Source: SAR86 cluster bacterium (GTDB lineage Bacteria > Pseudomonadota > Gammaproteobacteria > Magnimaribacterales > AG-339-G14). Taken from it: a stretch of DNA of 64,000 nucleotides. The position numbers and the translations under genes were made by a program. Location of the stretch: assembly GCA_028135785.1 (NCBI GenBank), contig JAOIHS010000001.1, positions 63,194 to 127,193 of the forward strand, read 5' to 3'. This document shows, piece after piece, positions 9,981 to 18,700 of this stretch; positions within the stretch are counted from its first letter, which is position 1; each line of letters begins with the position of its first letter. Under the pieces are notes generated by a model. The model searched no databases. It was not told the DNA's origin and saw only the letters and a list, made by a program, of their open reading frames with translations.

Positions 9981-11033
9981 ATGACTTTTATAAAACCATT
10001 AAATCATCATCCAAAATTAGAAAAAAATAATTTAGGATTAACTAGACGCGATTATGAAGGAGCTGTTTCTTCTTTGTGCGCTGGCTGCGGTCATGATTCA
10101 ATAAGTGCATCTATCATCGAATCATGTTTTAAATTGAATATAGAGTCATACAAAGTTGCAAAGCTTTCAGGAATTGGATGTTCATCAAAGGCGCCGGCAT
10201 ATTTTCTTGATCAATCACATGGTTTTAATTCTGTTCACGGAAGAATGCCTTCAGTAGCTACTGGAGCTAGTTGCGCTAATAGAGATCTTTTGTATTTGGG
10301 TGTATCTGGAGATGGTGATAGTGCTTCAATAGGAATAGGTCAATTTATTCATGCTATAAGAAGACAGGTAAATATGGTTTATATAATTGAAAATAACGGA
10401 ACATATGGCCTCACAAAAGGACAGTTTTCTGCAACAAACGATCTTGACTCAAAAAACAAGTATGGTGACGATAACTTGTTCAAACCTATTGATTTGGCAA
10501 CAATGGCTATTCAATTAGGTGCCACATATGTAGCTAGGAGTTTTTCAGGAGATAGAGAACAACTTATTCCCCTAATCATGGGAGCAATGCAACATAAAGG
10601 TTTTGCTTTGCTAGATATAATCAGTCCTTGTGTAACTTTTAATAATCACGCTTCTTCGACCAAGAGTTATGACTATATTAGAGAGCATAACGAAGCCGTA
10701 GGTAAAACTGATTTTGTTCCTATAGGGGAGGAAATCAAGACCTCTTATGAAGAAGGAACCTCCGTAGAAATAAATCTACATGATGGTTCTAAATTATCAC
10801 TAGAAAAGACCGATAAAAATTTTGATCCATGTGATGCGGGTAAATCTTTAAACTATATTAGAGAAAAGGAAAAAGAAGGAAAAGTACTAACTGGACTACT
10901 ATATGTTGATAGTAAATCAAAAGATTTAATCGAGACTCTCAACATGACGGAAACTCCATTGAGTCAATTACATCAAGACTTAATATGTCCAGGAAGTGAC
11001 GTTCTCAACTTAATAAATAAAGATTTAAGTTAA
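9981..11033 (+). CDS. korB: 2-oxoacid:ferredoxin oxidoreductase subunit beta (KorB-like, TPP-binding)
   Basis: CAGCGHDS Fe-S motif and TPP motif GDGDSASIG...IENNGTYGLTKGQ. Confidence 0.85.
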   Translation: MTFIKPLNHHPKLEKNNLGLTRRDYEGAVSSLCAGCGHDSISASIIESCFKLNIESYKVAKLSGIGCSSKAPAYFLDQSHGFNSVHGRMPSVATGASCANRDLLYLGVSGDGDSASIGIGQFIHAIRRQVNMVYIIENNGTYGLTKGQFSATNDLDSKNKYGDDNLFKPIDLATMAIQLGATYVARSFSGDREQLIPLIMGAMQHKGFALLDIISPCVTFNNHASSTKSYDYIREHNEAVGKTDFVPIGEEIKTSYEEGTSVEINLHDGSKLSLEKTDKNFDPCDAGKSLNYIREKEKEGKVLTGLLYVDSKSKDLIETLNMTETPLSQLHQDLICPGSDVLNLINKDLS

Positions 11034-11741
11034 GTTTATTCCAAGTCTGTGAGCTATTTCTTGATAAGATTCGACAACATCACCAAGTCCAAGTCGGAAC
11101 CTATCTTTGTCTAACTTCTTTTTTGTCTCTTTGTCCCAAACCCTACAGCCGTCTGGTGTAAATTCATCACCTAGATATATTTTTCCATCAGATTTTCCAA
11201 ATTCTAACTTAAAATCAACTAGTATTAAATCAGCCGAATCAAATAAAGTAACTAAAATATCGTTAGTTTTTAAGGTAAGTTCTTTCATCACCTCTATATC
11301 ATCTTCATTAGCCCATCCAAAAGCTGTAATATGACAATCATTAATAAGGGGATCCCCTAAAGAATCGTCTTTATAAAAAAATTCAAAAATGGGAGGTTCC
11401 ATAACCATGGCCTCTTCCAACCCTAATCTTTTACAGATGCTTCCTGCAGCAAAATTTCTAACTACACATTCAATTGGAAACATATCTAAAGACATTACAA
11501 TACTTTCATTGGGAGCGGTTGCTTCAATGTGATGGTTATCTACACCTTTCGATTGTAAGTGGTCCATAATATGACCATTAAATCTATTATTTACAGTTCC
11601 TTTTCCGGCAAGTTGTTCAATCTTTTTACCATCAAATGCTGAGGTATCATCGCGATACTCCATAATCAATTTTGAAGGATCGGAAGTAGTATACAAAGCT
11701 TTTGCTTTTCCAGTCTTTAGAATTTCTATTTTTTCCAGCAT
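11025..11741 (-). CDS. purC: phosphoribosylaminoimidazole-succinocarboxamide synthase
   Basis: 238 aa, with LYTTSDPSKLIMEYRDDTSAFDG...DKDRFR. purC-bamC-dapA synteny is as in E. coli. Confidence 0.92.
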   Translation of the reverse strand: MLEKIEILKTGKAKALYTTSDPSKLIMEYRDDTSAFDGKKIEQLAGKGTVNNRFNGHIMDHLQSKGVDNHHIEATAPNESIVMSLDMFPIECVVRNFAAGSICKRLGLEEAMVMEPPIFEFFYKDDSLGDPLINDCHITAFGWANEDDIEVMKELTLKTNDILVTLFDSADLILVDFKLEFGKSDGKIYLGDEFTPDGCRVWDKETKKKLDKDRFRLGLGDVVESYQEIAHRLGINLT

Positions 11742-11746
11742 AATTT

Positions 11747-12694
11747 TTATGAGAGCACTTGGTTAATCTGAGAAATAATCTCTTTGGCTAATTCTAAATC
11801 CATTTCTTCCATAGCAACAGAAATTATTGATTCATTTTCACTTATTTTTTTTACTAAAACTTTTAAATTTAGCCTAGAAGTTCTAAAAAAGCCTTCACTT
11901 GATTTTATATCAATAAAAAAAGAACCAGAATCCCTATCAAAATCTATCACATTGAATTTAGCTATTTTTAGAGAACGTTGAGTAGCTGTCCAAGCTCGAG
12001 GGAAACTCACCATTAGTCTTATTTTTGATAATCCATTCTCATCAATAAATACTTCTGTTTTATCCTTCGCATTTAAATTTAAAGCAATTAAAGAAGTACC
12101 GCTTACAGCTCCCATAGAACTCATACCCTCTAAAAATTCTGTGGAAACTTCAGTAATAAAATCTGATTCATTTGCACTCTTTATCCAAAAATTATTTTTT
12201 AAGACGAGGTGAGAAATAAAAATTTCTGAACTTTCTCTTTGAAGACCTCTTTCAACTCTAAATAAAATTTTATTATCAATACCGTCTCGTTTGAAGCTTT
12301 TTGTGGTAACTTCTCCTGAAACTGGATCAGCTTTTTCAAGGTTATACTTATCATTGCCTACAATATATTCTTGAAGCATGGGCCAGGATTTGCTGGGCTC
12401 TATGCTGAGGTAAATCCATCTAATCTCACCGAGTCTATGCAATCTGACTTCATTTTTATTATCTGACGAAAAAAACTGATTTGGAGCCGGTAAGTTATAA
12501 ATATTAGAAGGAGCTTCTTGAGATGATAGTGGTATAGGATATAAATCAACTGAATTATATATATCTTTTTCAATCATTATTTCTAATGAATCATTATCTT
12601 TTGCGGATAAATATTTATTTGACTTTGATTTCTCTGGATTTGATACACATGAAGTAACGAAGATAAAAAATAATATTGTTAAAAAGTTTTTCAT
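11747..12694 (-). CDS. bamC: outer membrane protein assembly factor BamC (lipoprotein)
   Basis: Lipobox FVTSC; FPRAWTATQRSLKIAKFNVIDFDRDSGSFFIDI resembles the BamC helix-grip repeat; located between dapA and purC. Confidence 0.75.
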   Translation of the reverse strand: MKNFLTILFFIFVTSCVSNPEKSKSNKYLSAKDNDSLEIMIEKDIYNSVDLYPIPLSSQEAPSNIYNLPAPNQFFSSDNKNEVRLHRLGEIRWIYLSIEPSKSWPMLQEYIVGNDKYNLEKADPVSGEVTTKSFKRDGIDNKILFRVERGLQRESSEIFISHLVLKNNFWIKSANESDFITEVSTEFLEGMSSMGAVSGTSLIALNLNAKDKTEVFIDENGLSKIRLMVSFPRAWTATQRSLKIAKFNVIDFDRDSGSFFIDIKSSEGFFRTSRLNLKVLVKKISENESIISVAMEEMDLELAKEIISQINQVLS

Positions 12695-13587
12695 TAAATT
12701 AAGTCCAATTGTTTAAGTTCATTTTTTAATTCTTTGTGAAATTTTTTATCTAATATAGTTAAAGGCAATCTAATTCCTAATTTAATGAAACCCATTAAAT
12801 ATAAAGCATACTTGACAGGTATAGGATTGGATTCCAAGAATAAAATTCTATTTATCTCAGATACTCTTTGATTAATAGAGCTGCCCTCTTCTTCATTATT
12901 ATTTATGGCACAACTAGCCATATTTGAAATCAATTTGGGTATTATATTAGAAGATACAGAAATAGTTCCATGCCCGCCTCTTTTCATAAATTGATATGAA
13001 GTAGAATCATCCCCAGAATATAGACAAAAATTATTTTTGGATATGTCTTTGTCGCATAATTGTTTTAGATTATCTAAAACATCTAAATCTCCAGTTGCGT
13101 CTTTATGCCCGATGATGTTTGGATGACTTGATAGTCTAGATACTGTTTTTGATTCCATAAAACTCGCAGTTCTTGAAGGAACATTGTACAAAATCTGAGG
13201 AATATCAACTTCATCCGCAATTTTAGAATAATGCTGAAAAAGGCCTTCTTGTGAAGGTTTATTGTAATAAGGCGATACAAGCAAAGCTGCATCTGCGCCT
13301 GCTTGTTTAGCTGCTTTAGTTAACTCTATGGCTTCTTGAGTAGAATTTGCTCCAGTTCCAGCTATTAAAGGAATTCTTCCATCTACATAATTTACAAAAT
13401 ATTTAATTAGATCAACATGCTCTGAAAAGTTTATGGTGGCAGATTCGCCAGTTGTGCCTATGGCTACAATAGCTGAGATTCCATTATCTATTTGAAAATC
13501 TACTAGCCTTTCCAATGCAGAAAAGTCTATAGAACCGTCTGCAAGCATTGGACTTGTTATGGCAGTTATCGCTCCAGTAATTCTCAT
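12694..13587 (-). CDS. dapA: 4-hydroxy-tetrahydrodipicolinate synthase
   Basis: GTTGESATI, YNVPSRT and GHKDATGD (Schiff-base Lys) motifs. Confidence 0.95.
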   Translation of the reverse strand: MRITGAITAITSPMLADGSIDFSALERLVDFQIDNGISAIVAIGTTGESATINFSEHVDLIKYFVNYVDGRIPLIAGTGANSTQEAIELTKAAKQAGADAALLVSPYYNKPSQEGLFQHYSKIADEVDIPQILYNVPSRTASFMESKTVSRLSSHPNIIGHKDATGDLDVLDNLKQLCDKDISKNNFCLYSGDDSTSYQFMKRGGHGTISVSSNIIPKLISNMASCAINNNEEEGSSINQRVSEINRILFLESNPIPVKYALYLMGFIKLGIRLPLTILDKKFHKELKNELKQLDLI

Positions 13588-13665
13588 TTATAAAATATTC
13601 TTTAATTTTCTATGCAACAGGTTAATATTATCTCAAATATATAAATTATTAGAGGATTATGAGTT

Positions 13666-14133
13666 ATGACGATCAAAATAAACAGAAAAATTAATAAATT
13701 CAAAGCTAATGCTACTAGTGAAATAGTAATAGATTCACAAAAGCTAATTGGGAAAAATTATATTATTTATTTTTACCCAAAAGATAATACTCCAGGATGC
13801 ACTCAAGAAGGTGAAGATTTTAGAGATTTATATAAAGAATTTAAAAAAATAAAAACAGAAATATTTGGAGTTTCTAGAGAAACATTAAAGTCACATGAAG
13901 GCTTCAAAGAAAAATTTAATTATCCTTTTGAGTTAATTTCTGATCCTGATGAAAAACTTTGTAAGTTATTTAACGTCATGAAAGAAAAAAGTATGTACGG
14001 AAAAAAATATATAGGGATAGAAAGAAGCACTTTTTTAATTGATAGAGAAGGAAGGCTTTCTCAAGAGTGGAGAAAAGTTAAGGTTCCAGGTCATGCGAAT
14101 GAAGTTTTAGAAGCAGCAAAAGAAATTAAATAG
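13666..14133 (+). CDS. bcp: thiol peroxidase / peroxiredoxin Bcp
   Basis: YFYPKDNTPGCTQE peroxidatic Cys motif; 155 aa. Confidence 0.9.
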   Translation: MTIKINRKINKFKANATSEIVIDSQKLIGKNYIIYFYPKDNTPGCTQEGEDFRDLYKEFKKIKTEIFGVSRETLKSHEGFKEKFNYPFELISDPDEKLCKLFNVMKEKSMYGKKYIGIERSTFLIDREGRLSQEWRKVKVPGHANEVLEAAKEIK

Positions 14134-15211
14134 AAATCTCTTTTTTAGGCCAGACTTTATAAACAGCTCTTATTAAAGTAGCAATTGGAACAGCTAGCAA
14201 AAGACCCCAGAAGCCCCATATTCCTCCAAAAACGAGAATTGCTAAAATAATTAAAACTGGATGAAGGTTAACTTCATTTCCCATTAAAATTGGGAAAAGA
14301 ACCATTCCATCTAAAATTTGAATTATAAAATAAGAAATTACAAAAAATAAGAATTGAAGATCAAGGCCCCATTGAAAAAGTCCAATAGAGATAACTGGAA
14401 CAGTAACAAGTATTGCTCCAAATAAAGGAATCAATACAGAAAGGCCAACTAAAATTCCTAAAATCAATGAATAGTTGACACCTAAAAACCAAAAACTAAT
14501 TGAAGTAATAGATCCAATAATTATCATTTCTAATGCCTTTCCACGAACATAACCAAAAAGCTGAATGTTCAAATCTTTCCATATTTTAGACAAAAGAACT
14601 CTTTTTGAAGGAAGAAAAAAAGTTATGTATCCGAGCATAATTTTTTTATCCTTCAAAAAGAAAAAAATCAGTATAGGTATTAAAATAATATTTATTAACG
14701 CGCTCATAACCGTAGAAAACCCTGAATTTAATTGCTGCAATACTTGTTCTGCTATCGAAGGCAAATAAGAGGCAGAATTAGTAAATATTTCTTCTATTTG
14801 ATCTTTACTAAAATAATTAGGATAAGTTATTGCCAAATCATTAAATAGGCCTTCTATATCAGAAACTATAGTTGGTAATTCATTCAATAGTGAGCCAATT
14901 TGTCCTGTTATGAAAGGAAGAGAAAGAAAAATTAAAACATAAATAAAAATAAACACTAAAAAGGTTAAATAAAAAGATAGACTTTTATTTGTCCCACTAT
15001 TTTCTAAAAAATTCATAAATCCATTTAGTAAATAGGCAATAAGAATAGCAATCAAAATTGGTAAAATAATTGATCCAATAAAATAAATTAACACTCCCAT
15101 AAAGACTATCAAAAATAGAGCAGCAAATTGCTCTTCTTCATGAAAATAGCTTCTAAAAAAATTCTTTAAATAATCAAACATAATTGAAATTTGACTCTTA
15201 TAATGAATCAA
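14126..15211 (-). CDS. AI-2E family transporter (PerM/UPF0118-like permease)
   Basis: A polytopic membrane protein of about 8 TM segments, divergent from bepA as perM is in E. coli. The start could be the Met at 15181. Confidence 0.7.
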   Translation of the reverse strand: MIHYKSQISIMFDYLKNFFRSYFHEEEQFAALFLIVFMGVLIYFIGSIILPILIAILIAYLLNGFMNFLENSGTNKSLSFYLTFLVFIFIYVLIFLSLPFITGQIGSLLNELPTIVSDIEGLFNDLAITYPNYFSKDQIEEIFTNSASYLPSIAEQVLQQLNSGFSTVMSALINIILIPILIFFFLKDKKIMLGYITFFLPSKRVLLSKIWKDLNIQLFGYVRGKALEMIIIGSITSISFWFLGVNYSLILGILVGLSVLIPLFGAILVTVPVISIGLFQWGLDLQFLFFVISYFIIQILDGMVLFPILMGNEVNLHPVLIILAILVFGGIWGFWGLLLAVPIATLIRAVYKVWPKKEISI

Positions 15212-15231
15212 AAGTTATACAATCATTTTAT

Positions 15232-16665
15232 ATGAAAAAACCTTTATTGTTTTTATTAATATACTCATTCTTCGGGCTTACATACTCTCAGTCAGTAGAT
15301 AATATTCCTTCGCTAGGGGATGCATCGTCTGGCTCAATATCTTTATCAGGTGAATACGAACTTGGTAGGCTTTGGCTTTCATTATTTAGATCATCCGTAA
15401 ATGAATATGATGACCCTATTACAAAGTCTTATATCAAAGATTTTATTTATAGATTATCTGAAACTAGTGAGGTTAGAGATAGAAGGTATGAATTTGTAGT
15501 TATAGAAGATCCTTCAATAAATGCTTTTGCTGCTCCCGGAGGAATTATTGGAATAAATAAAGGAATGTTTTTAAAAACAGATAGTGAGGGGGAGTTTGCC
15601 TCTGTAATGGCTCATGAATTGGCTCATTTAAGTCAAAGACATTATGCAAGATCTCAGAATCAATCTTCACCGCTTGCAAACGCACTGATCTTGATAGGAA
15701 GTGTTGCAGCAGCTATTGCATCTTCTAACCCCCAGGCTCTCTATATAGGTCCAGCATTAATTCAGCAATTATCGATAAACTTTACTAGAAGTAACGAAAA
15801 AGAAGCTGACCGAATAGGTTTTAGAAATCTAGTGAACGCAGGCTTTGATCCAAGTTCTCAGTCAAAAATGTTTCAAAAACTTCAAAAAAATTATAGAGGA
15901 CTTAATGATGAAGCCTATTCTTATTTAATGAGTCATCCACTGCCTAAAGAAAGAATAACTGATGCTAGAATAAGGGAAAGAGGTATTTCTAAAAACAAAT
16001 TTTATAAAAATTCTTTAGAATTTTATCTAATTAAATCTAGAGCGGAAGTTTCTGAATCTAAAGATCTTGAGTCTTTAAAAAATCAATATAGACAGAACTT
16101 AACAAGATCTAAAGATAAAAATATTGTTACTTCGAGCTTATATGGACTCTCTTTAGTCCTTAAAAATCAAAAAAAATTCATAGAATCATTTGAAATAGCA
16201 AGAGACTTAGTTGATGAAAATCCATTTAATTTAGTTTTGCAAACTAATATTTTGGAAATTCATCTAGCTTCAGAAAACTCTTTTGAAGCTGTTTCTTTAG
16301 GGGAAAACCTTCTTCGTATTAATAATGGCAATTACGCAATTTCTTATTATCTAGCTAAAGCATACCTTTTGAATGATGATCCCATAAAAGCGGAAAAAAC
16401 GCTTTTAAAAATGAGTGAAGATAATACTGAAGATCCTTCAATATGGTATTTCTTAGCTGAGGCACAGGGTCTTTCTGGAAATATATTAGGTCTTCATAGA
16501 TCTAGAGCTGAGTATTTTATTCTTACAGGGAGATATGACGCGGCAGTTTATCAACTAAGGGAGGCTTTAAAATTATCTCAAAACTTTTTTGAGATTAGGG
16601 AAAGCATTATCAATAAATTAGAAGATATTTTTGAGACGAAAAGAGCTTTAAAAAATTCTTCTTAA
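15232..16665 (+). CDS. bepA: beta-barrel assembly-enhancing protease BepA (M48 peptidase + TPR)
   Basis: Signal peptide from MKKPLLFLLIYSFFGLTYSQ; HELAHLSQRH zinc site; TPR-like C-terminus. The ORF-track start at 15184 is probably an upstream extension. Confidence 0.8.
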   Translation: MKKPLLFLLIYSFFGLTYSQSVDNIPSLGDASSGSISLSGEYELGRLWLSLFRSSVNEYDDPITKSYIKDFIYRLSETSEVRDRRYEFVVIEDPSINAFAAPGGIIGINKGMFLKTDSEGEFASVMAHELAHLSQRHYARSQNQSSPLANALILIGSVAAAIASSNPQALYIGPALIQQLSINFTRSNEKEADRIGFRNLVNAGFDPSSQSKMFQKLQKNYRGLNDEAYSYLMSHPLPKERITDARIRERGISKNKFYKNSLEFYLIKSRAEVSESKDLESLKNQYRQNLTRSKDKNIVTSSLYGLSLVLKNQKKFIESFEIARDLVDENPFNLVLQTNILEIHLASENSFEAVSLGENLLRINNGNYAISYYLAKAYLLNDDPIKAEKTLLKMSEDNTEDPSIWYFLAEAQGLSGNILGLHRSRAEYFILTGRYDAAVYQLREALKLSQNFFEIRESIINKLEDIFETKRALKNSS

Positions 16666-17003
16666 GAAGTAAAAGAAAATTTCTTTCCAGACATAATATG
16701 AATATGTAAGTGAGGAACCGTCATCCCGGCTTTTTTTCCATTATTTATAATCACATTAAATGAGTCTTCTATACCTAATTGTCTAGAAATATCTCCTACT
16801 TTTAATAATAGATGACCCAGTAAATACTGATGCTCTTTACGAGAGTCAGATATTTTACTAATTAAAGTTTTTGATATTAATAAAATATGTATCGGCGCAG
16901 CAGGAGCAATATCTTCAATAGCAATGCAAAGCTCATCTTCATAAATAACTGTGGAGGGCATTTCTTTATCGATTATTTTTTGAAAAATTGTCTTGTCCAT
17001 CAT
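16662..17003 (-). CDS. hinT: HIT family (histidine triad) nucleotide hydrolase
   Basis: VPHLHIHIMSG histidine-triad motif; 113 aa. Confidence 0.85.
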   Translation of the reverse strand: MMDKTIFQKIIDKEMPSTVIYEDELCIAIEDIAPAAPIHILLISKTLISKISDSRKEHQYLLGHLLLKVGDISRQLGIEDSFNVIINNGKKAGMTVPHLHIHIMSGKKFSFTS

Positions 17004-17359
17004 TTTAAAAATTTAAATCCTATATAAGTCGAAATTAAACACAACATAACAGTTGAAAGAATATAAAGAAAAGAAATTAAAAAATTTTCTTGATTTAAAA
17101 AAACTAATGCTTCTTTAGTAAATGCAGAAAATGTAGTGAAAGAACCTAAAAAGCCGATTACAAAAAAATATTTAGCTAGTGAAGATGCAGCTTCGTTTTG
17201 GTTTGCTACGAAAATCCCCATTACCAGACATCCTATAATATTTACAAAGAGAGTACCTATGGGAAATCCTATTAAAGCGATATTTGATAAAAATGACGAT
17301 ATTAAATACCGAGAGATTGCCCCCAGCCCTCCTCCTAAACCTATCATTAAATAAATCAT
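17000..17359 (-). CDS. crcB: fluoride channel CrcB/FluC
   Basis: 119 aa with 4 TM segments; GGGLGAISRY and GFLGSFTTFSAF motifs. Confidence 0.88.
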   Translation of the reverse strand: MIYLMIGLGGGLGAISRYLISSFLSNIALIGFPIGTLFVNIIGCLVMGIFVANQNEAASSLAKYFFVIGFLGSFTTFSAFTKEALVFLNQENFLISFLYILSTVMLCLISTYIGFKFLK

Positions 17360-17366
17360 TTGTAAT

Positions 17367-17442
17367 TGGTGGGTCGTATAGGATTCGAACCTATGACCAA
17401 TTGATTAAAAGCCAACTGCTCTACCAACTGAGCTAACGACCC
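17367..17442 (-). tRNA. tRNA-Lys (anticodon UUU), CCA encoded
   Basis: The minus strand reads GGGTCGTTAGCTCAGTTGGTAGAGCAGTTGGCTTTTAATCAATTGGTCATAGGTTCGAATCCTATACGACCCACCA. It folds as a cloverleaf with anticodon loop CTTTTAA and is near-identical to E. coli tRNA-Lys. It follows cpoB, as the lysT cluster does in E. coli. Confidence 0.97.
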
Positions 17443-17461
17443 AAAAAAAGATTATAGCAAA

Positions 17462-18166
17462 TCAGTTGTTAATTTTAAGCAATTCTTGTTCAGAAAGGAC
17501 TGCAGCGCCTGATTTAGGGTAATTAAAAATTACTCGATCAAAAAAAGCAATAGCTTGATTCATATTTTCTAACTTTAGAGAAATTAGGCCAAGTTTAAAA
17601 AGAGAAACAGAAACTCTTTCATGATTTGGAAAATTAGAAATTAAAGATTGGTAGGTTTCTGAAGCATCTTCATACATCTCTTGTAAATAGTAAATTTCAC
17701 CTAGCCAAAAGTAAGAATCTGCAACATAAGCTCCCTCAGGATAGGAAAGTATTAATAATCTTAAATTTTCAGAAGCCTCGGAATATCGCGAGTTATCAAT
17801 CAATTTAATAGTGTTAGACCATAAGCTAAATTCTTCTTGGTCCCCGTCTTTTTCAATCAGCTCAGCCAAAGGATTTTCAGAAAATTCTTGTTTTGCTTCC
17901 TCTTCTCTTTCTTCCTCTGAAGAAAGTAAAATAATAGCTTCTAATTCATGAATTCTTTTATCTAAGTCTACATATCTCGCTTGATTAGAATCATCAAGTT
18001 TAGAAATTTCGAAAGAATTAGAATCTATATTATTTGCTAATCTAGATAATTCATTCTCCAGATTTTCCAGCTTCTCTATAATTAAATCTAAAGATTCATT
18101 TTTAGATTGCGCAAAAAAAATATTAGGAATTAATAAAACAACAAATAAGAGAAGTTTTTTTTTCAT
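17462..18166 (-). CDS. cpoB: Tol-Pal system protein CpoB (YbgF), coiled coil + TPR
   Basis: Signal peptide, an N-terminal coiled coil and C-terminal TPR repeats; located immediately after pal. Confidence 0.8.
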   Translation of the reverse strand: MKKKLLLFVVLLIPNIFFAQSKNESLDLIIEKLENLENELSRLANNIDSNSFEISKLDDSNQARYVDLDKRIHELEAIILLSSEEEREEEAKQEFSENPLAELIEKDGDQEEFSLWSNTIKLIDNSRYSEASENLRLLILSYPEGAYVADSYFWLGEIYYLQEMYEDASETYQSLISNFPNHERVSVSLFKLGLISLKLENMNQAIAFFDRVIFNYPKSGAAVLSEQELLKINN

Positions 18167-18170
18167 TTAT

Positions 18171-18635
18171 TTAAAAGAGAGAGATCTCTACTCTTCTATT
18201 TTTTTTCCAAGATGACTCATCTGATCTTAATTTTTCTGGTTTTTCTTCGCCGTAACTTATAACTTTAATTTTAGAAGAAGATACGCCCTTGATGATCAAA
18301 TAATTTTTGACTTCAATCGCTCTTTTTTCTCCTAGAGCTAAATTGTATTCTCTAGTTCCCCTTTCATCGCAATGCCCTTCTAATCTAATAGCTTTGGCAT
18401 TTTTTGCAAAATTAATATATTCAGAAATTAATTCTTTAGAGTCACTTGTTAGGGATGCTTTGTCGAAATTAAAATAAATTTTATCTGATAAGTTAATTTC
18501 TAGTTTTTTTGCCGATACATAAATATCACTTTCGGCAGAAGCGTAATCTAATGAAGTTACTTTATCTGAAACTGTAGTTGTACAACTTGTTATAAAAAAA
18601 GTTACAAGAATAAATACTGCTGATTTTTTTTTCAT
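18171..18635 (-). CDS. pal: peptidoglycan-associated lipoprotein Pal
   Basis: Lipobox ITSC; OmpA-like C-terminal domain (EGHCDERGTREYNLALGEKRA...NRRVEI). Confidence 0.92.
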   Translation of the reverse strand: MKKKSAVFILVTFFITSCTTTVSDKVTSLDYASAESDIYVSAKKLEINLSDKIYFNFDKASLTSDSKELISEYINFAKNAKAIRLEGHCDERGTREYNLALGEKRAIEVKNYLIIKGVSSSKIKVISYGEEKPEKLRSDESSWKKNRRVEISLF

Positions 18636-18700
18636 TTTATGACTCCTAAAAAATGATTATAAATTAAAACTGCTTAATATTATGACAATTGATTTTCTTT

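Noticed and set aside
13083-13292. A 69-aa same-strand alternative-frame ORF inside dapA.
   Set aside because: It is embedded in a strongly supported dapA frame and shows no motif or start signal.
17360-17461. An expected fluoride riboswitch upstream of crcB.
   Set aside because: The interval is fully occupied by tRNA-Lys (17367-17442). Only 7 nt separate it from crcB, so no riboswitch can fit.
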